From the NCBI GenBank assembly GCA_029942545.1, contig GCA_029942545.1_4114.3: a stretch of DNA of 32,788 bases, one strand, 5' to 3'. Source of the stretch: a phage. A program made the position numbers and the translations under genes. Within the stretch, counting starts at the first letter, position 1. Each line of letters begins with the position of its first letter. The notes beneath the pieces are model-generated. The model was not told where the DNA came from and ran no database searches. It saw only the letters and a list, made by a program, of their open reading frames with translations. Positions 25,246 to 32,390 of the stretch are shown here, piece after piece.

Positions 25246-25274
25246 TTGCTTGCCATCCTGGGGCGTACTATGAT
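25246..25274 (+). promoter_or_regulatory. possible promoter (TTGCTT -35-like, TATGAT -10)
   Basis: TTGCTT, 17 nt, TATGAT, upstream of repeated element copy B; weak match. Confidence 0.25.
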
Positions 25275-25346
25275 ACTATTATTCAGTACTGAGAAAGTGC
25301 TATGACCTGCTAAGGTGCGGGAGTGTATCCTTTTTAAATTATATGA

Positions 25347-25399
25347 ATTTTGGGCGTAATTCCGCACCCCCCAGGGGTATCCGCTTTCTCGCGTCTATG
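25347..25399 (+). repeat. ~50-nt repeated element, copy B
   Basis: ATTTTGGGCGTAATTCCGCACCCCCCAGGGGTATCCGCTTTCTCGCGTCTATG. Confidence 0.5.
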
Positions 25400-25657
25400 T
25401 AGTAATTATACGCTTTTTCGGTGCTGAGTCAATAGCTAAAAACAAAATAATTGAAAATAATTTAACGCGTTTAAACGGCCCGTAAAGCCCTGGTTAGCTG
25501 GTGGCGGTGCAAATGTATAGCTTAGGTGTATTAATGCGTTAGAAAGCGGCTGAGGCCGTTTTATGGGGTGTATAGTAGTGATTTGGTTGATTCAGTACTG
25601 AAAGATAGTTCCCCTATATAGAAAGAAAACTATTTTAAAAGTATTTGTAGAAAGTAC

Positions 25658-25720
25658 TTGCAAAGTATTGGGAAAGGTGTAGAATGTTTTACATCGAGAC
25701 GGGGGATACGCTCCCGACTC
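25658..25720 (+). promoter_or_regulatory. early-type promoter plus downstream stem-loop (PeSL-like)
   Basis: AGTACTTGCAA, 16 nt, TAGAAT, GTTTTACATC, then GGGGGATACGCTCCC hairpin; gene 25743 follows. Confidence 0.55.
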
Positions 25721-25742
25721 ACTTTTAAAAGAGATTAAAACG

Positions 25743-26105
25743 ATGGCGACTCAAATCAATACTATCATGCTTAACCTGGTTTCTTTCCGTGAAGAGATGA
25801 AAGATCTTCCCGCTGAGACTGTACGGATTCACATTGCAGCTTATCGGGAATTGATTGCAATGTTACCGCTTAAGCGTGAACAGTATGCAGCTACTGCAAT
25901 GCTGGACGCAATGATACATAAGATGATCCAGACTGATTTAACGATGGCTTATCAGTACATGGGCGAAATGTTTGCAGTGTATAGCAAGCCAGTACCAGGA
26001 ATGGAAAGTACAGAAGTATTGCACGGCTTAAACTTAAAACAAGATGCATGGGATAATATGCCTCGTTTCCTGGTATGGGCTGATAGTGGAAAGATTTACG
26101 AATAA
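25743..26105 (+). CDS. hypothetical protein (120 aa)
   Basis: ORF track; downstream of promoter/stem-loop; GC-richer codon choice. Confidence 0.7.
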   Translation: MATQINTIMLNLVSFREEMKDLPAETVRIHIAAYRELIAMLPLKREQYAATAMLDAMIHKMIQTDLTMAYQYMGEMFAVYSKPVPGMESTEVLHGLNLKQDAWDNMPRFLVWADSGKIYE

Positions 26106-26119
26106 GTTTAATAAAGTAC

Positions 26120-26178
26120 TTGCAAACTAAGTTTAAAAGCGTATAATGTTTTACATCAGGTGGGGAATAGTTCCCCAC
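26120..26178 (+). promoter_or_regulatory. early-type promoter plus stem-loop (PeSL-like)
   Basis: TTGCAA (26120-26125), 16 nt, TATAAT (26142-26147), GTTTTACATC, hairpin GTGGGGAATAGTTCCCCAC. Confidence 0.6.
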
Positions 26179-26198
26179 TATATAAGAGGATTAAAAAA

Positions 26199-26438
26199 AT
26201 GGCTAAATCAAAAATGTTCTTAGGTCACAAAAACAAAACTCAATGGAATGTAAGCCTTTGGATTAATAACGACGAATCATTATACCGGTTGGCCCAGGAC
26301 TTTATTGCCGCTAACACTAATCGTAATGATGCGGCCCGTCATATGATGCTATTTTTAGAACAGACTGGACAAGATAAAACACCGGACGGCTTTAAGTATA
26401 GCACTACTGCGATCCGTGCGGCGATGGTTGGAATGTAA
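26199..26438 (+). CDS. hypothetical protein (79 aa)
   Basis: ORF track 26160..26438; start moved to ATG 26199 (MAKSKMF) after AGAGGA SD; the longer ORF would begin inside the 5' stem-loop. Confidence 0.7.
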   Translation: MAKSKMFLGHKNKTQWNVSLWINNDESLYRLAQDFIAANTNRNDAARHMMLFLEQTGQDKTPDGFKYSTTAIRAAMVGM

Positions 26439-26459
26439 GAGAATAGATTAAAAGTACTA

Positions 26460-26484
26460 TTGCACGGTGATAGTACTTTATAAT
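26460..26484 (+). promoter_or_regulatory. possible promoter
   Basis: AGTACTATTGCAC ... TTTATAAT upstream of gene 26521; spacer about 13 nt for TTGCAC, so register is uncertain. Confidence 0.3.
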
Positions 26485-26520
26485 AGATTTCTTTTATACA
26501 ACAACGATAGGGGTAACAGC

Positions 26521-26787
26521 ATGAATATTATATACTTTGCAACGCGTGAACTTGCTCGGATTGCCGCACGCCAGGACGGGGCGACGTTTAAAGATATGGG
26601 CGTACAATCTGAACGTGGTAAACGTTGGGCCGTAGTAAAGCAAAGTACAGCCCGATCAATTCAGTACTGGCTATCTGCTTTAAAGCGTCCTGATAGTGTA
26701 TCGCGTCGCGTGGTAGAAATAAAGCACGACCGCAAGGGCAACCGCGTTACAGTGTACAGTACTAAAAAGATTGCAGTACTTGAATAA
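26521..26787 (+). CDS. hypothetical protein (88 aa), basic
   Basis: ORF track 26467..26787 (GTG start); start moved to ATG 26521 (MNIIYFATREL) after AGGGGT SD. Confidence 0.65.
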   Translation: MNIIYFATRELARIAARQDGATFKDMGVQSERGKRWAVVKQSTARSIQYWLSALKRPDSVSRRVVEIKHDRKGNRVTVYSTKKIAVLE

Positions 26788-26908
26788 AAGTACTTGACCG
26801 TTATCCGGCTTAGTGAGATAATACTTACAAGCCGGACACAAGGCGATAGCCCATAGGGTGCGGGAGTGTATCTATAGGAAAGTACTAAAAACTATTTTCA
26901 AAAAGTAC

Positions 26909-26936
26909 TTGCAAACTATGTTTAAAGGCGTATAAT
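26909..26936 (+). promoter_or_regulatory. early-type promoter
   Basis: TTGCAA, 16 nt, TATAAT, GTTTTACATC; followed by a ~90-nt leader with a 9-codon mini-ORF (MKNSPDKIV). Confidence 0.55.
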
Positions 26937-27026
26937 GTTTTACATCAGGACGGGGAATGAAATAAGTAACTCCCTGTTAAGTAGTCCAGGAGTAAGACGT
27001 ATGAAAAACTCCCCTGATAAAATAGT

Positions 27027-27054
27027 TTGACAATAGAAAGTAAAAGCGTATAAT
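27027..27054 (+). promoter_or_regulatory. early-type promoter
   Basis: TTGACA (27027-27032), 16 nt, TATAAT (27049-27054), ACTTACATC. Confidence 0.6.
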
Positions 27055-27086
27055 ACTTACATCAACTAATGAATGAGGGTTACAAA

Positions 27087-27698
27087 ATGAAAACTATCAC
27101 TACTACTACTTTTGTTATGGCTTTTTCTGAACTGAACGCAGAACAACAAACGGCGGCTATCGAACTGGTTCGGGATCGGGAACGTGCAAGTGAGGATAAT
27201 TTCTTTGCTGAATCAGTACTGGAATACTATAAAGAAACAGTACTACCAGAATACGGCATAGATGAAGCTGAATTGCAATACAGTGGTTTTTGGTCGCAAG
27301 GTGACGGTGCATCAATCAGTACTGACCACGTTGACGCTGAGAAGTTTTTACGCAAGGTTAAGGCGTTAACGAAATATCGTTCCATCCGTCACCTGTTGAA
27401 CGAAGATGATTTGGAAATGAGTGTAGAACGTTCCCAATCGCGTTATGCACACGAAAACACGGTAGGCGGTTGCGTTGATACTCGCTACACTGATTTAACT
27501 GTAAAACAGGCTGCATTAGCTGAGGATCTGGAAAACTTACTGACTGATACTATCCGAGAATTATCTTGTAAGCTGTACCGTGATTTAGAAAATGCTTATG
27601 AAGACCAGTTTACTACTGAAAACATTGTAGCACTGATCGAGGGTAACGAATATCAATTTAACGTTATCGACGATGTAGTAGAATCTATCGCATATTAA
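27087..27698 (+). CDS. hypothetical protein (203 aa), acidic
   Basis: ORF track 27069..27698; start moved to ATG 27087 (MKTITTT) after GAGGGT SD; the 27069 ATG has no SD. Confidence 0.7.
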   Translation: MKTITTTTFVMAFSELNAEQQTAAIELVRDRERASEDNFFAESVLEYYKETVLPEYGIDEAELQYSGFWSQGDGASISTDHVDAEKFLRKVKALTKYRSIRHLLNEDDLEMSVERSQSRYAHENTVGGCVDTRYTDLTVKQAALAEDLENLLTDTIRELSCKLYRDLENAYEDQFTTENIVALIEGNEYQFNVIDDVVESIAY

Positions 27699-27715
27699 TT
27701 CAGTACTGAATCAAT

Positions 27716-27735
27716 GGCGGGGAATGGTTCCCGCC
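27716..27735 (+). promoter_or_regulatory. solo stem-loop of the PeSL type (no promoter)
   Basis: GGCGGGGAATGGTTCCCGCC between genes 27087 and 27757, preceded by TTCAGTACTGAA palindrome. Confidence 0.5.
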
Positions 27736-27756
27736 TATATCCCAGGAGTAAGAGAA

Positions 27757-27993
27757 ATGATCGAACAAATCAAAACTACAACACCAAACGTAACGGGTAC
27801 AGTATCACACTTCATTGGTGACGATTCGCGGGGCGTTCCCTATTGTGCGGTACATGTAAACCAAAATGGCGACTACTGGCTAACGGTTTACGGTTCTTAT
27901 TCTTTCGGGCGTAGTGCACACCAAAAGATCCTGGATAAAGTACAACCAACGGGTAAAAATATCACCGCTGAGATGTTTTATAAAAAGCACTAA
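27757..27993 (+). CDS. hypothetical protein (78 aa)
   Basis: ORF track 27724..27993; start moved to ATG 27757 (MIEQIKTT) after AGGAG SD; the longer ORF would start inside the stem-loop. Confidence 0.65.
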   Translation: MIEQIKTTTPNVTGTVSHFIGDDSRGVPYCAVHVNQNGDYWLTVYGSYSFGRSAHQKILDKVQPTGKNITAEMFYKKH

Positions 27994-28000
27994 AAAGTAC

Positions 28001-28059
28001 TTGCAAAGTAATTAGATTAACGTATAATACTTTATATCGAGAGCGGGAATAGTTCCCGC
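28001..28059 (+). promoter_or_regulatory. early-type promoter plus stem-loop (PeSL-like)
   Basis: TTGCAA (28001-28006), 16 nt, TATAAT (28023-28028), hairpin GCGGGAATAGTTCCCGC. Confidence 0.6.
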
Positions 28060-28078
28060 CTTTACTGAGGATTATCTA

Positions 28079-28363
28079 ATGAGTAAAGTAATAAAGTACA
28101 ATGTGTTAAGCAAGTCATTGTCTATAAGTGAGTGCACCGATGGTTTTTGGCTGTACGATGAAACGCGTGGCATGAATTTAGCTATGCAGGAGAAAACTAC
28201 TGATGCGGCATATCTTAAAGCACTGGAATACTACCAGAAGCGTTTAAAGGAAGTAGAAAACGATTATAATAACCTGAAAGCGAAAGTAGATCATTTCATC
28301 GGGCAAGTGGTAGAAGATGACGAGGACGGGCACTACTGCGACCGTTGCGGATCTTACAATTGA
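28079..28363 (+). CDS. hypothetical protein (94 aa) with C-terminal CxxC
   Basis: ORF track; TGAGGA SD; C-terminus HYCDRCGSYN. Confidence 0.7.
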   Translation: MSKVIKYNVLSKSLSISECTDGFWLYDETRGMNLAMQEKTTDAAYLKALEYYQKRLKEVENDYNNLKAKVDHFIGQVVEDDEDGHYCDRCGSYN

Positions 28364-28380
28364 GTACTGAGGATTATCTA

Positions 28381-28584
28381 ATGAGTGATTTAATTAAACG
28401 TATCAAAGAGCTTGAAGAAAAAGAATTGCAGTTGATCGGGTTACGGAATAAAGTATTCCATGATTTAGGTGGCTTCATTAATGCCTGGGATAGTGGCGAT
28501 CCTGATGCGTTACCTGCTAACCGCCAGGCGATGATCAATGATGTGCGTGGTGTCTTTGATTATGTTTTAAAGCAATTAAATTAA
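28381..28584 (+). CDS. hypothetical protein (67 aa)
   Basis: ORF track 28345..28584; start moved to ATG 28381 (MSDLIKRIKEL); its 5' leader CTGAGGATTATCTAATGAGT duplicates that of gene 28079. Confidence 0.65.
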   Translation: MSDLIKRIKELEEKELQLIGLRNKVFHDLGGFINAWDSGDPDALPANRQAMINDVRGVFDYVLKQLN

Positions 28585-28592
28585 AAAAGTAC

Positions 28593-28652
28593 TTGCAATT
28601 AGTTTCCAGTACTGTATAATAGTTTACATCAAGGGGAGAAATGGTTCTCCCC
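28593..28652 (+). promoter_or_regulatory. early-type promoter plus stem-loop (PeSL-like)
   Basis: TTGCAA (28593-28598), 16 nt containing CAGTACTG, TATAAT (28615-28620), hairpin GGGGAGAAATGGTTCTCCCC. Confidence 0.6.
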
Positions 28653-28671
28653 ACTAATAAGGAGTTTTACA

Positions 28672-28893
28672 ATGGCTAATATCACTACTCTTTCCCAGCT
28701 TGAAGCACTGGTTAAATCTATGCGGGCACATGCTGACAATATTGGCGTAGAAGATCCCGCAGTATGTTTTTGCGACGAAATAAATGATGATACGCTCGTC
28801 ATTGCAGAAGTGCAAGACGTTTCTAACTATTCATCGCGTTACACTGGCGGCGTAGCAAAGAAAGGTGATTTTTGTTTATATCTTACTAAGTAA
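28672..28893 (+). CDS. hypothetical protein (73 aa)
   Basis: ORF track; AAGGAG SD; followed by terminator. Confidence 0.7.
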   Translation: MANITTLSQLEALVKSMRAHADNIGVEDPAVCFCDEINDDTLVIAEVQDVSNYSSRYTGGVAKKGDFCLYLTK

Positions 28894-28897
28894 TACA

Positions 28898-28926
28898 GAG
28901 GGGATCAAACGATCCCCTTTATTTTG
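28898..28926 (+). terminator. intrinsic terminator
   Basis: AGGGGATC-aaac-GATCCCCT stem then TTTATTTT. Confidence 0.7.
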
Positions 28927-28954
28927 CAGTACTGAATCATTTAATAGACGGATC

Positions 28955-28992
28955 TATGCACCCTGTGGGTTAGTGACTATCTCGTCTTTATG
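28955..28992 (+). repeat. ~50-nt repeated element, copy D (3' blocks only)
   Basis: TATGCACCCTGTGGGTTAGTGACTATCTCGTCTTTATG, located between terminator 28898-28926 and promoter 29061. Confidence 0.4.
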
Positions 28993-29060
28993 TAAGTATT
29001 ATGCCAGTACTGGATGCAGTTGTCAAGACTTTTTTTTCAAATACTTTTATATTAAAGTAC

Positions 29061-29117
29061 TTGATAATAGTTTTTAAATGCGTATAATGTTTTACATCTA
29101 ATCGGGAATACTCCCTA
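29061..29117 (+). promoter_or_regulatory. early-type promoter with weak downstream hairpin
   Basis: TTGATA, 16 nt, TATAAT (29083-29088), GTTTTACATC, GGGAATACTCCC. Confidence 0.5.
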
Positions 29118-29138
29118 GTACTAACAAAGGATATACAA

Positions 29139-29438
29139 ATGAAAACTGCAATCATCGCCCTGGCTTTATCTGTTTCCTCTTTCGCTGTTAACGCTTCCGT
29201 TGATGTACCGAAAGAAAAATTCATTCAGTGCACTGTTGCAATGACTAACGAGGAAACGGCTGAGATCGTTACCAAATCCCTGGAACTGGCCCCTGCAATG
29301 TTTGCTAATGGCCCGTACCATGAAGAAGATGATCAGGGTAGCACGACCATCTATTACGATGCAAAAAGTAAACGCGGTTCTGTCACTGTAATGGATACAG
29401 AGAAAGTTACATTCACTGGCGTAATTAATTGTTTATAA
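29139..29438 (+). CDS. small secreted/periplasmic protein (Sec-type signal peptide)
   Basis: ORF track; N-terminus MKTAIIALALSVSSFAVNA then SVD: basic n-region, hydrophobic core, AxA-type cleavage site; AAAGGA SD. Confidence 0.75.
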   Translation: MKTAIIALALSVSSFAVNASVDVPKEKFIQCTVAMTNEETAEIVTKSLELAPAMFANGPYHEEDDQGSTTIYYDAKSKRGSVTVMDTEKVTFTGVINCL

Positions 29439-29454
29439 TATAGTACTGAATCAC

Positions 29455-29487
29455 TAGCCCACTTATACAGTGGGCTTTTTTGTTTTT
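29455..29487 (+). terminator. intrinsic terminator
   Basis: AGCCCACT-tataca-GTGGGCT then TTTTTTGTTTTTG; preceded by TAGTACTGAATCACT. Confidence 0.75.
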
Positions 29488-29535
29488 GTAGTATCGTAGT
29501 ACTGGTATACTTTGAAAATAGTTTTAAAAAAGTAG

Positions 29536-29563
29536 TTGACATTACCAGGGAAAAGCGTAGAAT
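29536..29563 (+). promoter_or_regulatory. early-type promoter
   Basis: TTGACA (29536-29541), 16 nt, TAGAAT, GTATTACATC; followed by ~100-nt leader with mini-ORF MKNWTRQTNFDKLT. Confidence 0.55.
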
Positions 29564-29677
29564 GTATTACATCAAGACGGGGAACATTAAGTAGACCGCC
29601 AGTAAGTCGAATGAAAAACTGGACACGTCAAACAAACTTTGATAAACTAACTTAAACTTTAATTGAGGATTTATAAA

Positions 29678-30160
29678 ATGGCTAATGTAAAATCATTTCT
29701 GAAAGCACTGATTTCTAACGATACTGTTATTGCTGCTGAATTGCTGGCTGACCTGGATAATGATACCATGAAAGCAGTACGCAACAATTTTAACATTGCT
29801 TACAGTGAAGCGAAAGAACTACAAGCCAAAAAGGTAGCAGAACTGGAAGAACAGAAAAAAGCCCGTGAAGCAGAACTGCAAGCAACAATAGAAAGTATTC
29901 AGGCGGCGGTGTCTGGTTTAGATCTGGAAGTGGTTATTGAAATGGCTCATAAAGCCCTGGCGGTTAAGTACGGTGAAGATAAGCCGGAATCTAAGCCTAA
30001 AAAATGGATTCAAGAACGTGTTACTGTTGTCCTTGATAACGGGGAAGAACATTTGATTCCTGTACGCGGTAACTGCATTGCGGTAGTACTGGATGCTATT
30101 AAAGAAAGCGGTATGACTCGCGAGGAATGGATCGAAGCTCACCGCAAAATTGAAGCATAA
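29678..30160 (+). CDS. hypothetical protein (160 aa), Ala/Glu/Lys-rich, helical
   Basis: ORF track 29663..30160; start moved to ATG 29678 (MANVKSF) after GAGGAT SD. Confidence 0.7.
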   Translation: MANVKSFLKALISNDTVIAAELLADLDNDTMKAVRNNFNIAYSEAKELQAKKVAELEEQKKAREAELQATIESIQAAVSGLDLEVVIEMAHKALAVKYGEDKPESKPKKWIQERVTVVLDNGEEHLIPVRGNCIAVVLDAIKESGMTREEWIEAHRKIEA

Positions 30161-30180
30161 CAATTAAAGTACTGAATCAC

Positions 30181-30208
30181 TAGCCCACTGTATAAGTGGG
30201 CTTTTTTG
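30181..30208 (+). terminator. intrinsic terminator (near-duplicate of 29455-29487)
   Basis: AGCCCACT-gtataa-GTGGGCT then TTTTTTGTG; same TACTGAATCACTAGCCCACT context. Confidence 0.75.
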
Positions 30209-30361
30209 TGTCTATAGTATTCCAGTCCACTAGCACCGCCTAGAATCGATTCTAACGCATTAAACTGATTATCTGATGCATCGCCCTAGCTGGTGGCGTT
30301 AAGGTCGTTAGAATGCGATTGAGAGCGTTTAAAGTATTTTGCAAAAAGTAATAAAAAGTAC

Positions 30362-30389
30362 TTGCACGATTAAGAGAAAGGCGTATAAT
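30362..30389 (+). promoter_or_regulatory. early-type promoter
   Basis: TTGCAC, 16 nt, TATAAT (30384-30389), TAGTTACATC. Confidence 0.5.
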
Positions 30390-30434
30390 TAGTTACATCA
30401 AGGCAAGACACCTTAACTAACTGAGGATTTAAAG

Positions 30435-30575
30435 ATGAATACTTATGAACTGGATTGTTTCACTATGCAAGTAATGTTAGTATGCAGTAAAAAAGAATGG
30501 TCATCAAAGGAATTTAAAGCAGTTATTGCATGTTCAAAAAAAGGTAAGTCTATTATTGAAACGGCAGCTATCGTA
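30435..30575 (+). CDS. possible small protein (about 46 aa)
   Basis: Not in ORF track; hand-called ATG about 30435 after TGAGGA SD downstream of promoter 30362; end coordinate approximate. Confidence 0.35.
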
Positions 30576-30595
30576 GATAGTCTTTAAAAAAATAG

Positions 30596-30623
30596 TTTGA
30601 CAATAGTTTTAAGTACTGTATAA
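30596..30623 (+). promoter_or_regulatory. early-type promoter
   Basis: TTGACA (30596-30601), 16 nt containing AGTACTG, TATAAT (30618-30623), ATTTTACATC. Confidence 0.6.
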
Positions 30624-30658
30624 TATTTTACATCAACTACTGAGAAGGAATCAAAACA

Positions 30659-30886
30659 ATGGCTATCATCATCACTTACGTATCTGGCACTACTGGCACT
30701 TCTAGCACTGTTGCAGTACTGACCAACAAGAAAGGTGCGGAACTTCATTCTGCAATGAATACCTGGGCGGTGAATGAGTTCGGTCAGTGGGCTAGTGTAG
30801 AATACATTGAAACCTATCAAGTGCCGTCTATTAGCTTAACTGATTTAGGTGTAGATCGTATCCTTTGCCTGGATGAATTAAATTAA
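30659..30886 (+). CDS. hypothetical protein (75 aa)
   Basis: ORF track; GAAGGA SD. Confidence 0.7.
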   Translation: MAIIITYVSGTTGTSSTVAVLTNKKGAELHSAMNTWAVNEFGQWASVEYIETYQVPSISLTDLGVDRILCLDELN

Positions 30887-30895
30887 AAAAAGTAC

Positions 30896-30953
30896 TTGCA
30901 AAGTAAATCAGATAAAGTATAATACATTACATCAAGGGGAGAATAGTTCTCCC
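30896..30953 (+). promoter_or_regulatory. early-type promoter plus stem-loop (PeSL-like)
   Basis: TTGCAA (30896-30901), 16 nt, TATAAT (30918-30923), hairpin GGGGAGAATAGTTCTCCCC. Confidence 0.6.
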
Positions 30954-30972
30954 CCACTAAAAGGAAACTAAA

Positions 30973-31116
30973 ATGAAAACTTGTCAATGTGGTAAAAAAT
31001 CTATTACTGGTTTGAAGCGGGGCGTTGCCCTCTGTCAGTATCACTATAACGCTCAAGTATGGGGTAAAGAGTGGGCTGACCAGGTTGAAGCAGCAAAGAA
31101 AGCAAAAAGTAAGTAA
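30973..31116 (+). CDS. possible small Cys-rich protein (47 aa)
   Basis: Not in ORF track; ATG about 30973 after AAAGGAAAC downstream of promoter/stem-loop; MKTCQCGKK...ALCQYHY has a CxC...C..H.H pattern. Confidence 0.5.
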   Translation: MKTCQCGKKSITGLKRGVALCQYHYNAQVWGKEWADQVEAAKKAKSK

Positions 31117-31135
31117 AATTATTATCACAGTACTA

Positions 31136-31164
31136 TTGACATAGTTTGATAGTACTGGCATAAT
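31136..31164 (+). promoter_or_regulatory. sigma70-like promoter
   Basis: TTGACA (31136-31141), 17 nt containing AGTACTGG, CATAAT (31159-31164). Confidence 0.5.
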
Positions 31165-31197
31165 AGATTTTATCAAGACAACTAAGAGGAAATTAAA

Positions 31198-31542
31198 ATG
31201 GCTAACATCAACACTATCTCAGCACAAAATATCAACCTGTCTTCTGTTGAAGTTGTACATATTGCCGCTCGGCGTTGGTTCCAGGCTTCATATGGTAACA
31301 CTTATTTCTCTTTAAGTGTAGACGTAGAAATTGATGGTAATTTTATTGAAGTAGTAAACGTGCCGTTCCAATATGGATACGGGGATCACTTTGACACGGT
31401 AGCAATGGAAGAATTTAGCAAGGTTATTAATATGGAAGGTAAAGAGTTTTTACGCGGTTCTTATCTTTCTCGTTTTTGCCGTGACAATAATATCACTGTT
31501 TACAGTTCGGTAACTGATGTTAAACGCAAAAAAGATCTTTAA
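31198..31542 (+). CDS. hypothetical protein (114 aa)
   Basis: ORF track; AGAGGA SD. Confidence 0.7.
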   Translation: MANINTISAQNINLSSVEVVHIAARRWFQASYGNTYFSLSVDVEIDGNFIEVVNVPFQYGYGDHFDTVAMEEFSKVINMEGKEFLRGSYLSRFCRDNNITVYSSVTDVKRKKDL

Positions 31543-31622
31543 TTAGCTTTACTTTATGCAGATACTTTGATATAGTGTCTGCATAGGGGAAAGAAATTAA
31601 ATCAAATTAAGAGGATAGTATA

Positions 31623-31892
31623 ATGAAAAATATCAGTACTTTAATCGATGCAGGTACTCATGTTCGTCGGTCTATGGTTGCAACCAGTACTACAAAACAA
31701 GTAGCAAGCGGTTATCTTGTATTTGTACACGAAGGAAAGCTATTGGAACGTTCAATCAATTTTGATGTTAAAAACAATTGCCGTTTTATTATTTTTAAGC
31801 GTGAACAATATAAAATTGATTTACCAGCAAAGCCCATTAGCGGGGCGTACAACGTGCAATCATTGTTTGAGCGTCAACCATACACCTATTAA
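31623..31892 (+). CDS. hypothetical protein (89 aa)
   Basis: ORF track; AGAGGA SD; upstream inverted repeat ATGCAGA-N15-TCTGCAT. Confidence 0.7.
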   Translation: MKNISTLIDAGTHVRRSMVATSTTKQVASGYLVFVHEGKLLERSINFDVKNNCRFIIFKREQYKIDLPAKPISGAYNVQSLFERQPYTY

Positions 31893-31943
31893 TCAAAACA
31901 TCGTTAGCGGTCGATTTAGGCCGCTTATATTGGGGATTATACC

Positions 31944-32114
31944 ATGAACGTTAATCAAGTACTGAATGAAGTTGAAAGCATCATTAAACCAATGAAACGT
32001 ATTGATGCTGTTCCTACACCGGAAGAATGCCGCCTTTATGAGCGTTACAGTGTGGAACAAGCCCAGGAAATGGCCCGTATCCGTCCGGTTGCCAGTACTG
32101 ATAAGGCGGCGTAA
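31944..32114 (+). CDS. possible small protein (56 aa)
   Basis: Not in ORF track; ATG about 31944 (MNVNQVLNEV...), stop TAA about 32112-32114, 1 nt before the next ATG; GC-rich codons (CCG, GCG, CGT) like neighbouring genes. Confidence 0.45.
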   Translation: MNVNQVLNEVESIIKPMKRIDAVPTPEECRLYERYSVEQAQEMARIRPVASTDKAA

Positions 32115-32115
32115 T

Positions 32116-32322
32116 ATGCTTACTGTACAGGATAAGATCGACATCTTAAAGGTTAATATGTATGTGATTGATGCAGATCCTGAAAAAGTATTTGCATACG
32201 ATGATTCTAATCGTAGTCCTTTTTATTGTAGTCATGTAGTTGGATACGTGCCGTTAGCGTATGTTATCGAAAGAGTGGTTGATTCAGCTTATAAACATTA
32301 CTTAGAAAGTACTTGCAATTAG
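32116..32322 (+). CDS. hypothetical protein (68 aa)
   Basis: ORF track 32002..32322; start moved to ATG 32116 (MLTVQDKIDIL) directly after the stop of the upstream small ORF. Confidence 0.6.
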   Translation: MLTVQDKIDILKVNMYVIDADPEKVFAYDDSNRSPFYCSHVVGYVPLAYVIERVVDSAYKHYLESTCN

Positions 32323-32370
32323 TTTTTAGTACTGTATAATTGTTTACATCGAGAGCGGGAATAGTTCCCG
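32313..32370 (+). promoter_or_regulatory. early-type promoter plus stem-loop (PeSL-like)
   Basis: TTGCAA (32313-32318), 16 nt containing TAGTACTG, TATAAT (32335-32340), hairpin GCGGGAATAGTTCCCGC identical to the one at 28043. Confidence 0.6.
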
Positions 32371-32390
32371 CCTATAACGAGGAAAGAATA

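Noticed and set aside
23796-25742. tRNA gene cluster in the ORF-free region
   Set aside because: By eye I found no GGTTCGA-type T-loop with matching acceptor stems; this needs tRNAscan-SE to exclude properly
2966-32390. Longer 5'-extended versions of track ORFs (2966, 22212, 22785, 26160, 26467, 27069, 27724, 28345, 29663, 32002, 32340)
   Set aside because: Extensions run through promoters, stem-loops or upstream genes and lack an SD; an internal ATG with GAGG-type SD and family-consistent N-terminus was preferred
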